A stretch of 64,000 bases of DNA from Deltaproteobacteria bacterium (GTDB lineage: Bacteria > Desulfobacterota > Desulfobulbia > Desulfobulbales > SURF-16), in the NCBI GenBank assembly GCA_024277655.1, contig JAJRUT010000056.1, positions 3,683 through 67,682 on the forward strand, written 5' to 3'. Below, piece after piece: positions 9,468 through 18,068 of the stretch. Positions within the stretch are counted from its first letter, which is position 1. Each line of letters starts with the position of its first letter. Position numbers and translations under genes: made by a program. A model generated the notes under the pieces. That model made no database searches and had not been told where the DNA came from. It was given only the letters and a program-made list of their open reading frames with translations.

Positions 9468-10757
9468 ATGTTACGATCAAGGTTCACCAGAGGCGTATTG
9501 TTACTTGTTGTTTGCATGAGTATGAATATGGGGGGAGCATTTGCCGCTGGGGCAAATAGTTCTACCTTCTTTGCCCAGGGGCAAAAGGCGTATAATGCCG
9601 GTCAACGCAAGGAGGCCTTGAGACTATTCAGAAAGGCTGAGGCGCAGGGCATGAAGAAGGCCTCATTGTACTACAATATCGGCGTCTGCTCCTACAGCCT
9701 TAAGCAATATCCTGAGGCAAAGGCCGCCTTTCAAGAGGTTATTGTTCTGAGCAAGGATATGGCTCCCCTTGCCCATTATAATCTTGGTCTGATTGGTATG
9801 CGGGAGGGCAATCGCCAGGAGATGATTGCTGGCTTTGAGACGGCAATTGCCACAAGCTCCGACCCCAAGATCCGCGATATGGCCGCGGCAGCTCTGGATG
9901 AAAATAATGTCAGGCAGAGGGCTGGTGCAACACCGTATGCCGGCTATTTTGAAATTAGTGTCGGTTATGATGATAATATAGAGTTGTACAGTGACCTATT
10001 GGGAAGTAAGGGCGATGGTGACTGGTTCACTGAAGTGTTTGCGGCAGGAACGATGCCGATTAATGGTGGGACGTTTAGGCGGGGCACTCAGCTGTTTGGT
10101 AGCATGTACTATCAAAAATTTGCCGATTACGATGAGTATGATCTTGGCACGGTTGCTGTTGGTGTTCAGTACCTCTTCGATTACAATGGCTGGAAGATTA
10201 AGCCTGGGGTGGATTACTCCTACACCATCCAGGATACCAAGAGCTATGACCAGACCCCAAGTTTTAGTATCAAGGGTCGCCATGGATTTTACTGGGATAC
10301 CCAGATTCGTTTAAGTTATAAAATAAGTTATATTGATATTCTTGACTCCACCTATGATGCTACCCAGGGAACTAGGAACAAGTTTAGGACTGAGATTATT
10401 AAGAAATGGCAGAAGACCAGTGTAAGTTTGCGCTATACCCTGGAGTTAAATAGCCGTGATAGCGATGACCTCTCTCCCACCAGGAATACAGTTGCCGTTA
10501 AGGTTCGCCATCGCTTTACCGATCAGTTTTCCGGGGTGGCCAGTGTTGCTTTCCGGAACTCAAGTTATGATAATACCGTAGCCTATGACCGGGATGAAGA
10601 TCGCTGGAAGACAACGTTGCGCGGGATATACAAGATTGATCCAATCTGGACTGTCGTTGCGGATTACACTTATAGTGATAACGAAGATAATCAGGCCTAT
10701 GCACGGTATAACTATACGAGAAGTGTGTCGGCCTTGAGACTGGAGAGGTCCTTTTAG
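9468..10757 (+). CDS. TPR-domain + C-terminal beta-barrel outer-membrane protein (Slam/DUF560-like or mini PgaA/BcsC-like architecture)
   Basis: Signal peptide 'MLRSRFTRGVLLLVVCMSMNMGGAFA' and TPR-like repeats in the N-terminal third. The C-terminal part shows an alternating aromatic/polar beta-strand pattern and ends in 'LRLERSF' (terminal Phe). Confidence 0.6.
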   Translation: MLRSRFTRGVLLLVVCMSMNMGGAFAAGANSSTFFAQGQKAYNAGQRKEALRLFRKAEAQGMKKASLYYNIGVCSYSLKQYPEAKAAFQEVIVLSKDMAPLAHYNLGLIGMREGNRQEMIAGFETAIATSSDPKIRDMAAAALDENNVRQRAGATPYAGYFEISVGYDDNIELYSDLLGSKGDGDWFTEVFAAGTMPINGGTFRRGTQLFGSMYYQKFADYDEYDLGTVAVGVQYLFDYNGWKIKPGVDYSYTIQDTKSYDQTPSFSIKGRHGFYWDTQIRLSYKISYIDILDSTYDATQGTRNKFRTEIIKKWQKTSVSLRYTLELNSRDSDDLSPTRNTVAVKVRHRFTDQFSGVASVAFRNSSYDNTVAYDRDEDRWKTTLRGIYKIDPIWTVVADYTYSDNEDNQAYARYNYTRSVSALRLERSF

Positions 10758-10836
10758 GGCGATCTGTGTTTTTTTGGTCGCACATATGGTAAATGTGTTA
10801 CTGTTTGTTTTAGAAAGCATAAGATCTGTTTTTATG

Positions 10837-10878
10837 CCAAAAAACGTTTATGGAGAATACTCCGTAAACGTTTTTTGG
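10837..10878. terminator. long perfect hairpin between the OMP gene and the cyclase gene (terminator-like, symmetric A6/T6)
   Basis: CCAAAAAACGTTTA-t-GGAG-aata-CTCC-g-TAAACGTTTTTTGG: 14-bp outer stem plus 4-bp inner stem. Confidence 0.5.
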
Positions 10879-10934
10879 CGTGGTGGGTCTTTAGTCTTGT
10901 TGTTTGAATTTTACTTTTACCGAGCTTCTTTATT

Positions 10935-12479
10935 ATGGCCTTTGCAAAAATATTCGCGATGCAGGTACCGTTTATGATGCGTTTTAATCGCCGGATTTCT
11001 GACATAGTCGAGCAGCTTACGCCAAGCTATATGCCCATTGCCTATAAGCTGGCCCTGTTTTTGACCCTGTTGATCTCAACTGGTATGACGCTACTTGGTC
11101 TTATTATTGTCTCCAATCAAACTTATATTCTTCAAAAACAGATTAATGCCTTTGGTGAATCTTCAGCCAATCAGCTTGGTGAGGCCTCCAAGGAGCTGAT
11201 CCTCTCGGAGGATGCCCTGGGTCTTATGATGGCGACCAAAAATTTTGCCAACAACGCTAATATTCTTGGCTCGGCGCTCTATTCAGAAAAGGGTGAGTTG
11301 TTGACCGTGTCGGGCTTTATTCCGCAAAAAGACATCCTGAAGAGTTATATTACCATGATCCACCCTGGTAGTAGAAATCACAGGGTTGAATGGTGGGGCG
11401 AGAACGGGGAAATGGCGGGGGTTGGTACCGTAACCTTTATCTCTCATATTTATTTCAATAATATTATTATTGGCCATGCCTTGGTGACATTTAGTCAGGA
11501 AGCCATGGGCCAGGCTCTAAGGCAGACCATCCGTACCATCACTCTGGTGACCCTCTGTATGGTGGTGCTTGGTGTGGTGATTGCCTTTATTACAAGCAAG
11601 CGATTTAGTCGGCCCATTAATACGTTGATGACAGCCAGTATCGCCATCGGTAATGGGGCCCATCCTCCCTGCATTGATGAGGGGCGCAATGATGAAATTG
11701 GCTATTTGAACAGGGCCTTTAACCGGATGAATACCAGCTTGCTTGAAAAAACAAAGGTTGAAAATGCCTTCTCGCGCTTTATGTCAAACAAGGTTGCCAG
11801 ACATATTCTCTCAAACCCCAATAATGTTGAGCTTGGTGGTGAGAATGTGGAGGGAACGGTACTTTTTGCTGATATCGTTGGTTTTACCAGCTTTTCTGAA
11901 AATTTACCGGCCAATGAAGTACTCGATATGTTGAATGAATATTTTACCTATATTTCAACGGTGGCCAGCCTCTTTAATGGCACCATTGATAAATATATGG
12001 GTGATTGTGCCATGATTATTTTCGGTGTGCCGGATGCAGATGTTGAACATAAATTTAACGGTCTGCGCTGTGCGGTGATGATTCAGCATCTGATGGTGCG
12101 CCTTAATGCCAGGTTTCTATCCAGGGGTAAGCCAGCCATTCATTTTAGAATTGGTTGCAATAGTGGGCCCATGGTGGCTGGCAATATGGGTTCAGTGGAC
12201 AAGATGCAGTATACCGTGGTTGGTGACACCGTGAACCTTGCCTCCCGTTTGCAAAGTGAGGCAGAAAAAGATCAGGTTATTGTCACAGAGCAACTGGTCT
12301 ACGATGCGGATCTAAACGGTAAACTGGTAACGACCAGGCTACAACCCATCCGTCTGCGGGGTATTAAGGAGGAGGTGTCAATCTTTAATGTGGAGCGCTT
12401 AAGTCCCAGGTATCAAGCTGAAATAGAGACGCAGATCGCTTCTATGCTCGAACTTAAATGGGGGTCGTCGTTTAGATGA
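10935..12479 (+). CDS. membrane sensor class III adenylate/guanylate cyclase with HAMP domain
   Basis: Two TM segments flank a roughly 150-aa extracytoplasmic region, followed by HAMP ('SRPINTLMTASIAIGNG...NDEIGYLNRAFNRM'). The cyclase core has 'VLFADIVGFTSFSE' and 'GDCAMIIFG'. Confidence 0.85.
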   Translation: MAFAKIFAMQVPFMMRFNRRISDIVEQLTPSYMPIAYKLALFLTLLISTGMTLLGLIIVSNQTYILQKQINAFGESSANQLGEASKELILSEDALGLMMATKNFANNANILGSALYSEKGELLTVSGFIPQKDILKSYITMIHPGSRNHRVEWWGENGEMAGVGTVTFISHIYFNNIIIGHALVTFSQEAMGQALRQTIRTITLVTLCMVVLGVVIAFITSKRFSRPINTLMTASIAIGNGAHPPCIDEGRNDEIGYLNRAFNRMNTSLLEKTKVENAFSRFMSNKVARHILSNPNNVELGGENVEGTVLFADIVGFTSFSENLPANEVLDMLNEYFTYISTVASLFNGTIDKYMGDCAMIIFGVPDADVEHKFNGLRCAVMIQHLMVRLNARFLSRGKPAIHFRIGCNSGPMVAGNMGSVDKMQYTVVGDTVNLASRLQSEAEKDQVIVTEQLVYDADLNGKLVTTRLQPIRLRGIKEEVSIFNVERLSPRYQAEIETQIASMLELKWGSSFR

Positions 12480-13606
12480 GGTGGTTTTGTCTGGGGCTTC
12501 TTGTCCTTGTAAATATAGTTCTTTCTGGTTGCGCCTATTTTCAGGCCCTTGGGCCGGATGTTCCCCAGAAAATAGATCTGCTTATTGCCGATGAACGGTA
12601 TGGTGCAGCCCTCGATATTTTGAGCTATAACAATCCCAACAAGTCAAACTATAACGAATTGCTGGCTCAGCAGAAACGGGTCATTATCTTGGCTGAGCAA
12701 CTGGAAAAAGAGACTTTGCAGGAAACCCGCCAGCTAGTTCGTCAGGATGAGTGGTATAGGGCGGAGCAACTCTACCTTGAGAGTCTTGCAAAACTACCAG
12801 ATAGTGACAAGCTTATAAAACAGTACCAGCTCTTTCTAGAATCACGCAAGATTCTTCTTGCCCACCTTGAACTCAAACTGGATACCAACAGGGCCCATTG
12901 GCTTATTGCCAATATTCCGGTGCAACAGGAGATGATTCGTGTTTTTCCCACCGCCGAGGATGAGTTTAGTGAGTTGAATGATTTCCGGGCCCAAAAAGAG
13001 AAAACAGCCCTGCATCTGTTGCGATTTACTACTCAGGCCCTTGACCGAAAGGATCACCTGGGGGCTGCCTCCTTGATTGCTTTAATTGACCGCCTTGCGG
13101 TGGATAATCTGGACGAAGAGCTGTTGGTGATGTCCCGTTATCGTTTGCAGGAATTGCAACGTATCCAGCGGATAAGCGATAACCTGCGCCAGAGTAAGGT
13201 TGAACAGCAACAGCTACGGCTTGAACGTATCCTCCTTGTGGGCGAGAAAAAGGAAACCGAAGCGCTGATTATGCTACTTGAGGATGATGCAAGTCTTGAA
13301 AATGTGTTACGGGCAAGAACTCATTTAGATTCCATTTCACGCGCCAGTCGTGAGTATCCAAGCTCCTTTGAGTTGCATCGTCATTTAGAGCAGTTGTACC
13401 AGCAGGCCGTGGTTATGCATAGTCAGTCAGGGCGCACTCTGTACAGCCAGGGCAAGATTTATGAAGCGTTGGAGATATGGCAATTTCTTTTAAAAATTGA
13501 CTCTGATAATCAGAGGATACAGGAGTATGTGGATCGGGCCAATCGGGTGCTTGGTAAATTGCAACGACTCAAGCAGCAAACGGCCAGTGATGCCCCTGGG
13601 AAATAG
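12476..13606 (+). CDS. lipoprotein, helical/TPR-like, unknown function
   Basis: ATGA overlap with the cyclase stop. Lipobox 'VLSGC'. The rest is predicted helical repeat sequence. Confidence 0.55.
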   Translation: MRWFCLGLLVLVNIVLSGCAYFQALGPDVPQKIDLLIADERYGAALDILSYNNPNKSNYNELLAQQKRVIILAEQLEKETLQETRQLVRQDEWYRAEQLYLESLAKLPDSDKLIKQYQLFLESRKILLAHLELKLDTNRAHWLIANIPVQQEMIRVFPTAEDEFSELNDFRAQKEKTALHLLRFTTQALDRKDHLGAASLIALIDRLAVDNLDEELLVMSRYRLQELQRIQRISDNLRQSKVEQQQLRLERILLVGEKKETEALIMLLEDDASLENVLRARTHLDSISRASREYPSSFELHRHLEQLYQQAVVMHSQSGRTLYSQGKIYEALEIWQFLLKIDSDNQRIQEYVDRANRVLGKLQRLKQQTASDAPGK

Positions 13607-13804
13607 GGATGCAAATGTGGCTTGCTGTCTTGGTATTTTAAAAATTCCCCATAGCTTGCGTAAAAAAATGGAACCTTTCGAAATTCTTTAACGTTAGAAG
13701 AGTATGCAAGATGACGATGGCGATATTTTGCCACTTCATGAGGGTCGACCGTTTAGTTTACAATTTTACAGAGATTCGAAAAGGTTAAATTTAAGGAGAA
13801 TACA

Positions 13805-14272
13805 ATGAAATTACGCAAAAAGTACATTTTGGCCCCGATTATGCTCATGATGAGCGCAACTCCAGCCTTCTCAGCTGTGGATGATCTTGATGTCACTATG
13901 GAGATGATCAATGAAACCGTGCGTACGCAGATAGAAGTTAGTCGTACTATTGAGGTGCCTGAGCAGTATCGAAATCGTCACCAAGAGCGGATGGAACATT
14001 TGGGTGAGGACGCTGAGCATGCTACTGAAAAGTATGGTGAAATGGCAGAAGATGATGATGCTCGTAATGAGTATATGGACGACCGTGACGATGAGCGTGA
14101 TGAGCATATGGACGACCGTGACGATGATCGTGATGAGCATATGGATGATCGCGATGACATGCGTGACGAGCACATGGATGACCGCGAAGACATGCGTGAC
14201 GAGCAGTCTGACAGCCGCGAAGACATGCTTGATGATCAGGCTGACAGTCATGATGATATGATGAACGACTAA
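13805..14272 (+). CDS. secreted acidic Asp/His/Met/Arg tandem-repeat protein
   Basis: AGGAGA RBS and signal peptide 'MKLRKKYILAPIMLMMSATPAFSA'. The C-terminal half consists of 11-aa repeats 'EHMDDRDDxRD'. Confidence 0.6.
   Translation: MKLRKKYILAPIMLMMSATPAFSAVDDLDVTMEMINETVRTQIEVSRTIEVPEQYRNRHQERMEHLGEDAEHATEKYGEMAEDDDARNEYMDDRDDERDEHMDDRDDDRDEHMDDRDDMRDEHMDDREDMRDEQSDSREDMLDDQADSHDDMMND
14069..14233 (+). repeat. five tandem 33-bp coding repeats
   Basis: Units start at 14069, 14102, 14135, 14168 and 14201 (gagcatatggaYgaYcgYgaYga...cgtgaY), with a degenerate sixth unit after 14234. Confidence 0.85.
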
Positions 14273-14293
14273 TACCGCCATGGTATCTGTTGT

Positions 14294-14334
14294 AAAAAAA
14301 AGAACCCCAGGGACTTCCCTGGGGTTCTTTTTTT
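14294..14334. terminator. bidirectional rho-independent terminator between convergent genes
   Basis: A-tract, then the stem agaaccccaggga/tccctggggttct, then a T-tract. Confidence 0.8.
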
Positions 14335-14359
14335 ATTTGTATTTGCGGTGGTGAAATTT

Positions 14360-15109
14360 CTAGTAATCGCTTAAGCCTTTTCTGAGCACCTCAAGTTCCC
14401 GTTGTCGTACATAACGGAGGATTTTTTCTTCGTCCTGACTGTCAGGGTAGAAACGTATTCCGTAGCTAAAGAGCATAAGGGGTCGCTCTTGAATAAATTC
14501 TCGGACGATGTCCCCTCCCTTAAGTTTTAGTTGCCATCTACCATCTTCGGCGCCGCAGGACTCTTCATCACAGGGGATGGTGATCTGCAGGTTGTTGAAG
14601 TGGTTCCCGGCCTCAGGGATGCCATAGTTGAATTTGGCAAAGATAAGCAGGCCACCGGCACTGATATCTTTTATGGCAAAATGACATTCTTCATTGTTGT
14701 AGCTACAGGTTAGACGACTGCCCTGGGGGGTGCCGACCCGGTAATGCATCCGGCGTTGGAGCATAAAAAGGGCGTTGGGGGGGTCGCAACGCAGGCTATC
14801 CTTACCCACGCTCCGAACAGTGGTCATAAAATGCATCCAGACCTTTGATTCATTTCTGAAAACAACGCGGATCTTGGTGGTATCCTTGGCCCAGTCCTTG
14901 GGCTTGTCAATCAGGATATGGGCATTGTTGATCTCGTAGAGAATCGTCCCTCCGGATTGATATCCTTTGCACAGGAGATTGAGCAGAACTCTACCTTTTT
15001 GCAGATATTCCAACGTATTTCTGATAATAACAGGGGACCTGGTGGTTTCGTATCCACCTTCCATGGTGACCCATCCTGTTTTGGCGGCGTGGCTATGTTC
15101 TATGTCCAT
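14360..15109 (-). CDS. PilZ domain protein (YcgR-like, c-di-GMP receptor)
   Basis: RxxxR motif 'RRMHYR' and D/NxSxxG motif 'DISAGG', with an N-terminal YcgR-type domain. The start may instead be the internal Met at 15064, because the 15109 start is only 20 bp from the divergent ORF. Confidence 0.8.
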   Translation of the reverse strand: MDIEHSHAAKTGWVTMEGGYETTRSPVIIRNTLEYLQKGRVLLNLLCKGYQSGGTILYEINNAHILIDKPKDWAKDTTKIRVVFRNESKVWMHFMTTVRSVGKDSLRCDPPNALFMLQRRMHYRVGTPQGSRLTCSYNNEECHFAIKDISAGGLLIFAKFNYGIPEAGNHFNNLQITIPCDEESCGAEDGRWQLKLKGGDIVREFIQERPLMLFSYGIRFYPDSQDEEKILRYVRQRELEVLRKGLSDY

Positions 15110-15129
15110 AATGTATACTATAAAACAAA

Positions 15130-15381
15130 ATGTTAAAAAAAGTGAGTGATATGATGACAGACCTTGATCCTAATAGTATCTGTTTCGGCTTTAATCGCAA
15201 GACAGATGAAGAATCTCTCCAATGTTTTATAAGAGCCTTTGCAAGTCCCGAACTTTTAGAGGTTTTGATCCCACGTATGGATAACGATGAAATCACCAGC
15301 CTCCTTGATAAATTATCGACCTTGATGGGCACGCACCTCAAGGAGAGGGAATATCACAAACTTTTTCTAGGGCGAAAATGA
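15130..15381 (+). CDS. small hypothetical protein
   Basis: 83-aa ORF with no recognised motif; alternative start at 15151. Confidence 0.4.
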   Translation: MLKKVSDMMTDLDPNSICFGFNRKTDEESLQCFIRAFASPELLEVLIPRMDNDEITSLLDKLSTLMGTHLKEREYHKLFLGRK

Positions 15382-15479
15382 GTATAAAACCAGCATAACT
15401 CATTTCTATTTCTGCTTGATAGTGTAATAGTATTTTTTGGCAATAATTTACAAGAGGAACTTTGGGAGAAGGGAATAAT

Positions 15480-17258
15480 ATGGGGCAGTTAATCATGCGA
15501 AATTTGCGGGACTTTTTGACGGTTCTTCGCCAGGATAAGGATCTCCTTGAGATCGACGTGGAGGTTGATCCTTATCTGGAGATTGCTGAAATCCACCGGC
15601 GGGTGATCCGCCAGGGTGGTCCGGCGCTCCTGTTTACCAATGTTCGTGGCAGTAAGTTTCCTGTTGTCACCAACCTCTTTGGCACCGCTCGGCGGATGGA
15701 GCTTGCCTTTGGCAATCGGGCCCAGCAATTTGTCGCTGATGTTGTTCGTGCCGCGGAAACCATGCTCCCGCCGACCTTGAGTAAGGTGTGGGGGATGCGT
15801 GGTCTGATTCCCCAGGGGATGAAGATTGGTCTCAAGGAGCTAAAGAATGGCCCGGTGCTGGAATGTTGCCAGTCGCCATCACGCCTTACCGAACTACCCA
15901 TGCTTACCTCCTGGGATACCGATGGCGGCGCCTTTGTTACTCTGCCCCTGGTGTATACTGAACATCCCGGCGGCCGTGGTCATAATCTGGGGATGTACCG
16001 TGTCCAGCGTTATGACGATCAGACCACGGGCATCCACTGGCAGATCCATAAGGGCGGCGGCTATCATTATTATGAGGCCGAACAGCGCAATGAAGCCCTG
16101 CCTATGACCCTGTTTATCGGTGGCCCCCCGGCTCTGATGATGGCGGCCATTGCTCCTCTGCCGGAAAATTTACCGGAACTCATGCTGGCCTCGCTTCTGG
16201 TGGGGGAAAAACTTGGCATGGTTAAAAATCCGCTGGGTGGTCATCGTCTGGTTGCTGAGGCCGAATTTGCTGTGTGTGGCAAGGTTCCGCCCCATGTGCG
16301 CCGTCCCGAAGGCCCCTTCGGCGATCATTACGGGTATAATTCCCTTACCCATGAGTATCCGGTCTTTCAGGCCAGTCATCTCTATCACCGCAAAGATGCC
16401 ATCTATCCCGCCACCGTTGTTGGTAGGCCACGGCAGGAGGATTATTATATTGGAGATTTCCTCCAGGATCTCCTCTCGCCCCTGTTTCCTCTGGTCATGA
16501 CCGGCGTAAAACAGTTAAAAACCTTTGGCGAGGCAGGCTTTCATTGTCTTGCGGCGGCAAGGGTGACGGATCGCTATCCCCGTGAGGCCTTCGCCTCCGG
16601 TTTACGGATCTTGGGTGAGGGGCAGTTGTCCTTAACAAAGTTTTTGATGATTACCGATGGTGATATTAATATTGAGGATTTTAAGGAGTTATGGGTTCAT
16701 ATCCTTGAGCGGGTTGATTGGCAGCGTGACCTATTTGTTTTTGCCAATGTTTCTCAGGATACGCTTGATTACACCGGTCCTTCGGTTAATAACGGTTCAA
16801 AGGCTCTGCTTATGGGGCTTGGCAAAGAGGCACGCAATGTCCTTCCCACCGAATTTCATGGCGATCTTCCTCGTGGTTGTCGTCGGCCAAACCCCTATCT
16901 GCCCGGCACCTTGGTTGTTGAGGGCGATGCCTACGATGAGGATAAGGAGCTTGCTAAGAGACTGGCCAGCCACGCAGGAATTGCCGGGTTTCAGGTAGTT
17001 CTGCTGGTGGATAACTCCGCTGAGGCCACCGAAAATATCCAGGAATTTATCTGGTCATTCTTTACCCGCTTTGAGCCTGCTGCCGATATTTACGGTGCCG
17101 GTCATCAGGTCGACCGTTTCCATGTTGGTTTGAAACCACCTATAGTCTTTGATTGTAGGATGAAACCTTGGTATCCTCATGTACTGGAGGTGGATGACGC
17201 CACTCGTAAATTGGTGGATTCGAGGATTATGGATATCCTGCCGTCGGCATTACGGTAA
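15480..17258 (+). CDS. UbiD-family (prenyl-FMN-dependent) decarboxylase, long menaquinone-biosynthesis-type form
   Basis: About 590 aa. N-terminus 'LRDFLTVLRQDKDLLEIDVEVDPYLEIAEI', plus 'GMYRVQ' and 'HWQIHKGG' motifs characteristic of UbiD. Confidence 0.85.
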   Translation: MGQLIMRNLRDFLTVLRQDKDLLEIDVEVDPYLEIAEIHRRVIRQGGPALLFTNVRGSKFPVVTNLFGTARRMELAFGNRAQQFVADVVRAAETMLPPTLSKVWGMRGLIPQGMKIGLKELKNGPVLECCQSPSRLTELPMLTSWDTDGGAFVTLPLVYTEHPGGRGHNLGMYRVQRYDDQTTGIHWQIHKGGGYHYYEAEQRNEALPMTLFIGGPPALMMAAIAPLPENLPELMLASLLVGEKLGMVKNPLGGHRLVAEAEFAVCGKVPPHVRRPEGPFGDHYGYNSLTHEYPVFQASHLYHRKDAIYPATVVGRPRQEDYYIGDFLQDLLSPLFPLVMTGVKQLKTFGEAGFHCLAAARVTDRYPREAFASGLRILGEGQLSLTKFLMITDGDINIEDFKELWVHILERVDWQRDLFVFANVSQDTLDYTGPSVNNGSKALLMGLGKEARNVLPTEFHGDLPRGCRRPNPYLPGTLVVEGDAYDEDKELAKRLASHAGIAGFQVVLLVDNSAEATENIQEFIWSFFTRFEPAADIYGAGHQVDRFHVGLKPPIVFDCRMKPWYPHVLEVDDATRKLVDSRIMDILPSALR

Positions 17259-17469
17259 GAGTTGCTTGGAATTCAGGATCAAGGAGTCAGGATTCAGTAG
17301 AATGGCAGAAAATGTATTGTGCTGAATTCTGAATTCAAATTTTTGTTACGATTCTCTAAGTCCGACAGACCTCTGGTAAAGTTGAGTAATGAATGCTTGC
17401 ACAACGTATCAAAGCTCCTAGCTAAATAAAGGTGGGAAGGTTGAAGTGCCAATTTAACAGCGTGCCATT

Positions 17470-17898
17470 ATGAAAATAACAAAAAACAACCAAACAGCAA
17501 AAGGTTCATCTGTTCGGAAATCATCTGCAACGCCCTCGGTTGATTTCAGGCAACTCTTGCAGGGGCAGATGTCACCCGTCCAGGATGTGGCTTCTGCAAG
17601 TCAGGTGGCTGAGGTGCAGGGGCGGGAACAGGCTGACCCCCAGGTGCGGATGCGTGGCGTGAAGCTTACAGAGTCAACCATTGATTCCATGGAATCCTTC
17701 GCTGTAGCACTTGCCGATCAGACATTGTCCGAAGATGCTTTGCAAGCCTTTGTGACCCGTCTGGAAGAGGACGCCCAGGTCCTTGTTGATATTAAAGAGC
17801 AACTTCCAAAGAATGACCCCCTTGCCGAGCTCATCGAACGAGTCTCTGCCGCCTGTTATCTGGAAACAGCCAAATTTCGCCGTGGAGATTATTCGTGA
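17470..17898 (+). CDS. hypothetical protein
   Basis: 142-aa ORF, polar with a helical C-terminus and no diagnostic motif. Confidence 0.45.
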   Translation: MKITKNNQTAKGSSVRKSSATPSVDFRQLLQGQMSPVQDVASASQVAEVQGREQADPQVRMRGVKLTESTIDSMESFAVALADQTLSEDALQAFVTRLEEDAQVLVDIKEQLPKNDPLAELIERVSAACYLETAKFRRGDYS

Positions 17899-18068
17899 GA
17901 GGACGTAGGGGCCAAGGGTTAAGGGGAAAGGAGGGTGTATTAGGATCCTGTTTCTAGTTTGTTTCAAGACCTTTAGTCCCATCGCACCTAAAATTATGTT
18001 AGTCTGCAAGGCTGTATTATGCATGACCCCTTTTAATCTTACCCCTTAACCCTTTTTACCTACAGATA

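Noticed and set aside
13871-14281. 136-aa and 82-aa minus-strand ORFs, plus a 103-aa plus-strand alternative frame, over the 33-bp repeat array.
   Set aside because: The repeat periodicity keeps several frames open. Only the 13805 frame has an RBS, a signal peptide and a sensible start.
15110-15129. 20-bp divergent intergenic region between the PilZ gene and the 83-aa ORF, suggesting leaderless divergent transcripts.
   Set aside because: Mis-called starts are more likely. Internal Met codons at 15064 and 15151 would restore a normal spacer of about 86 bp.
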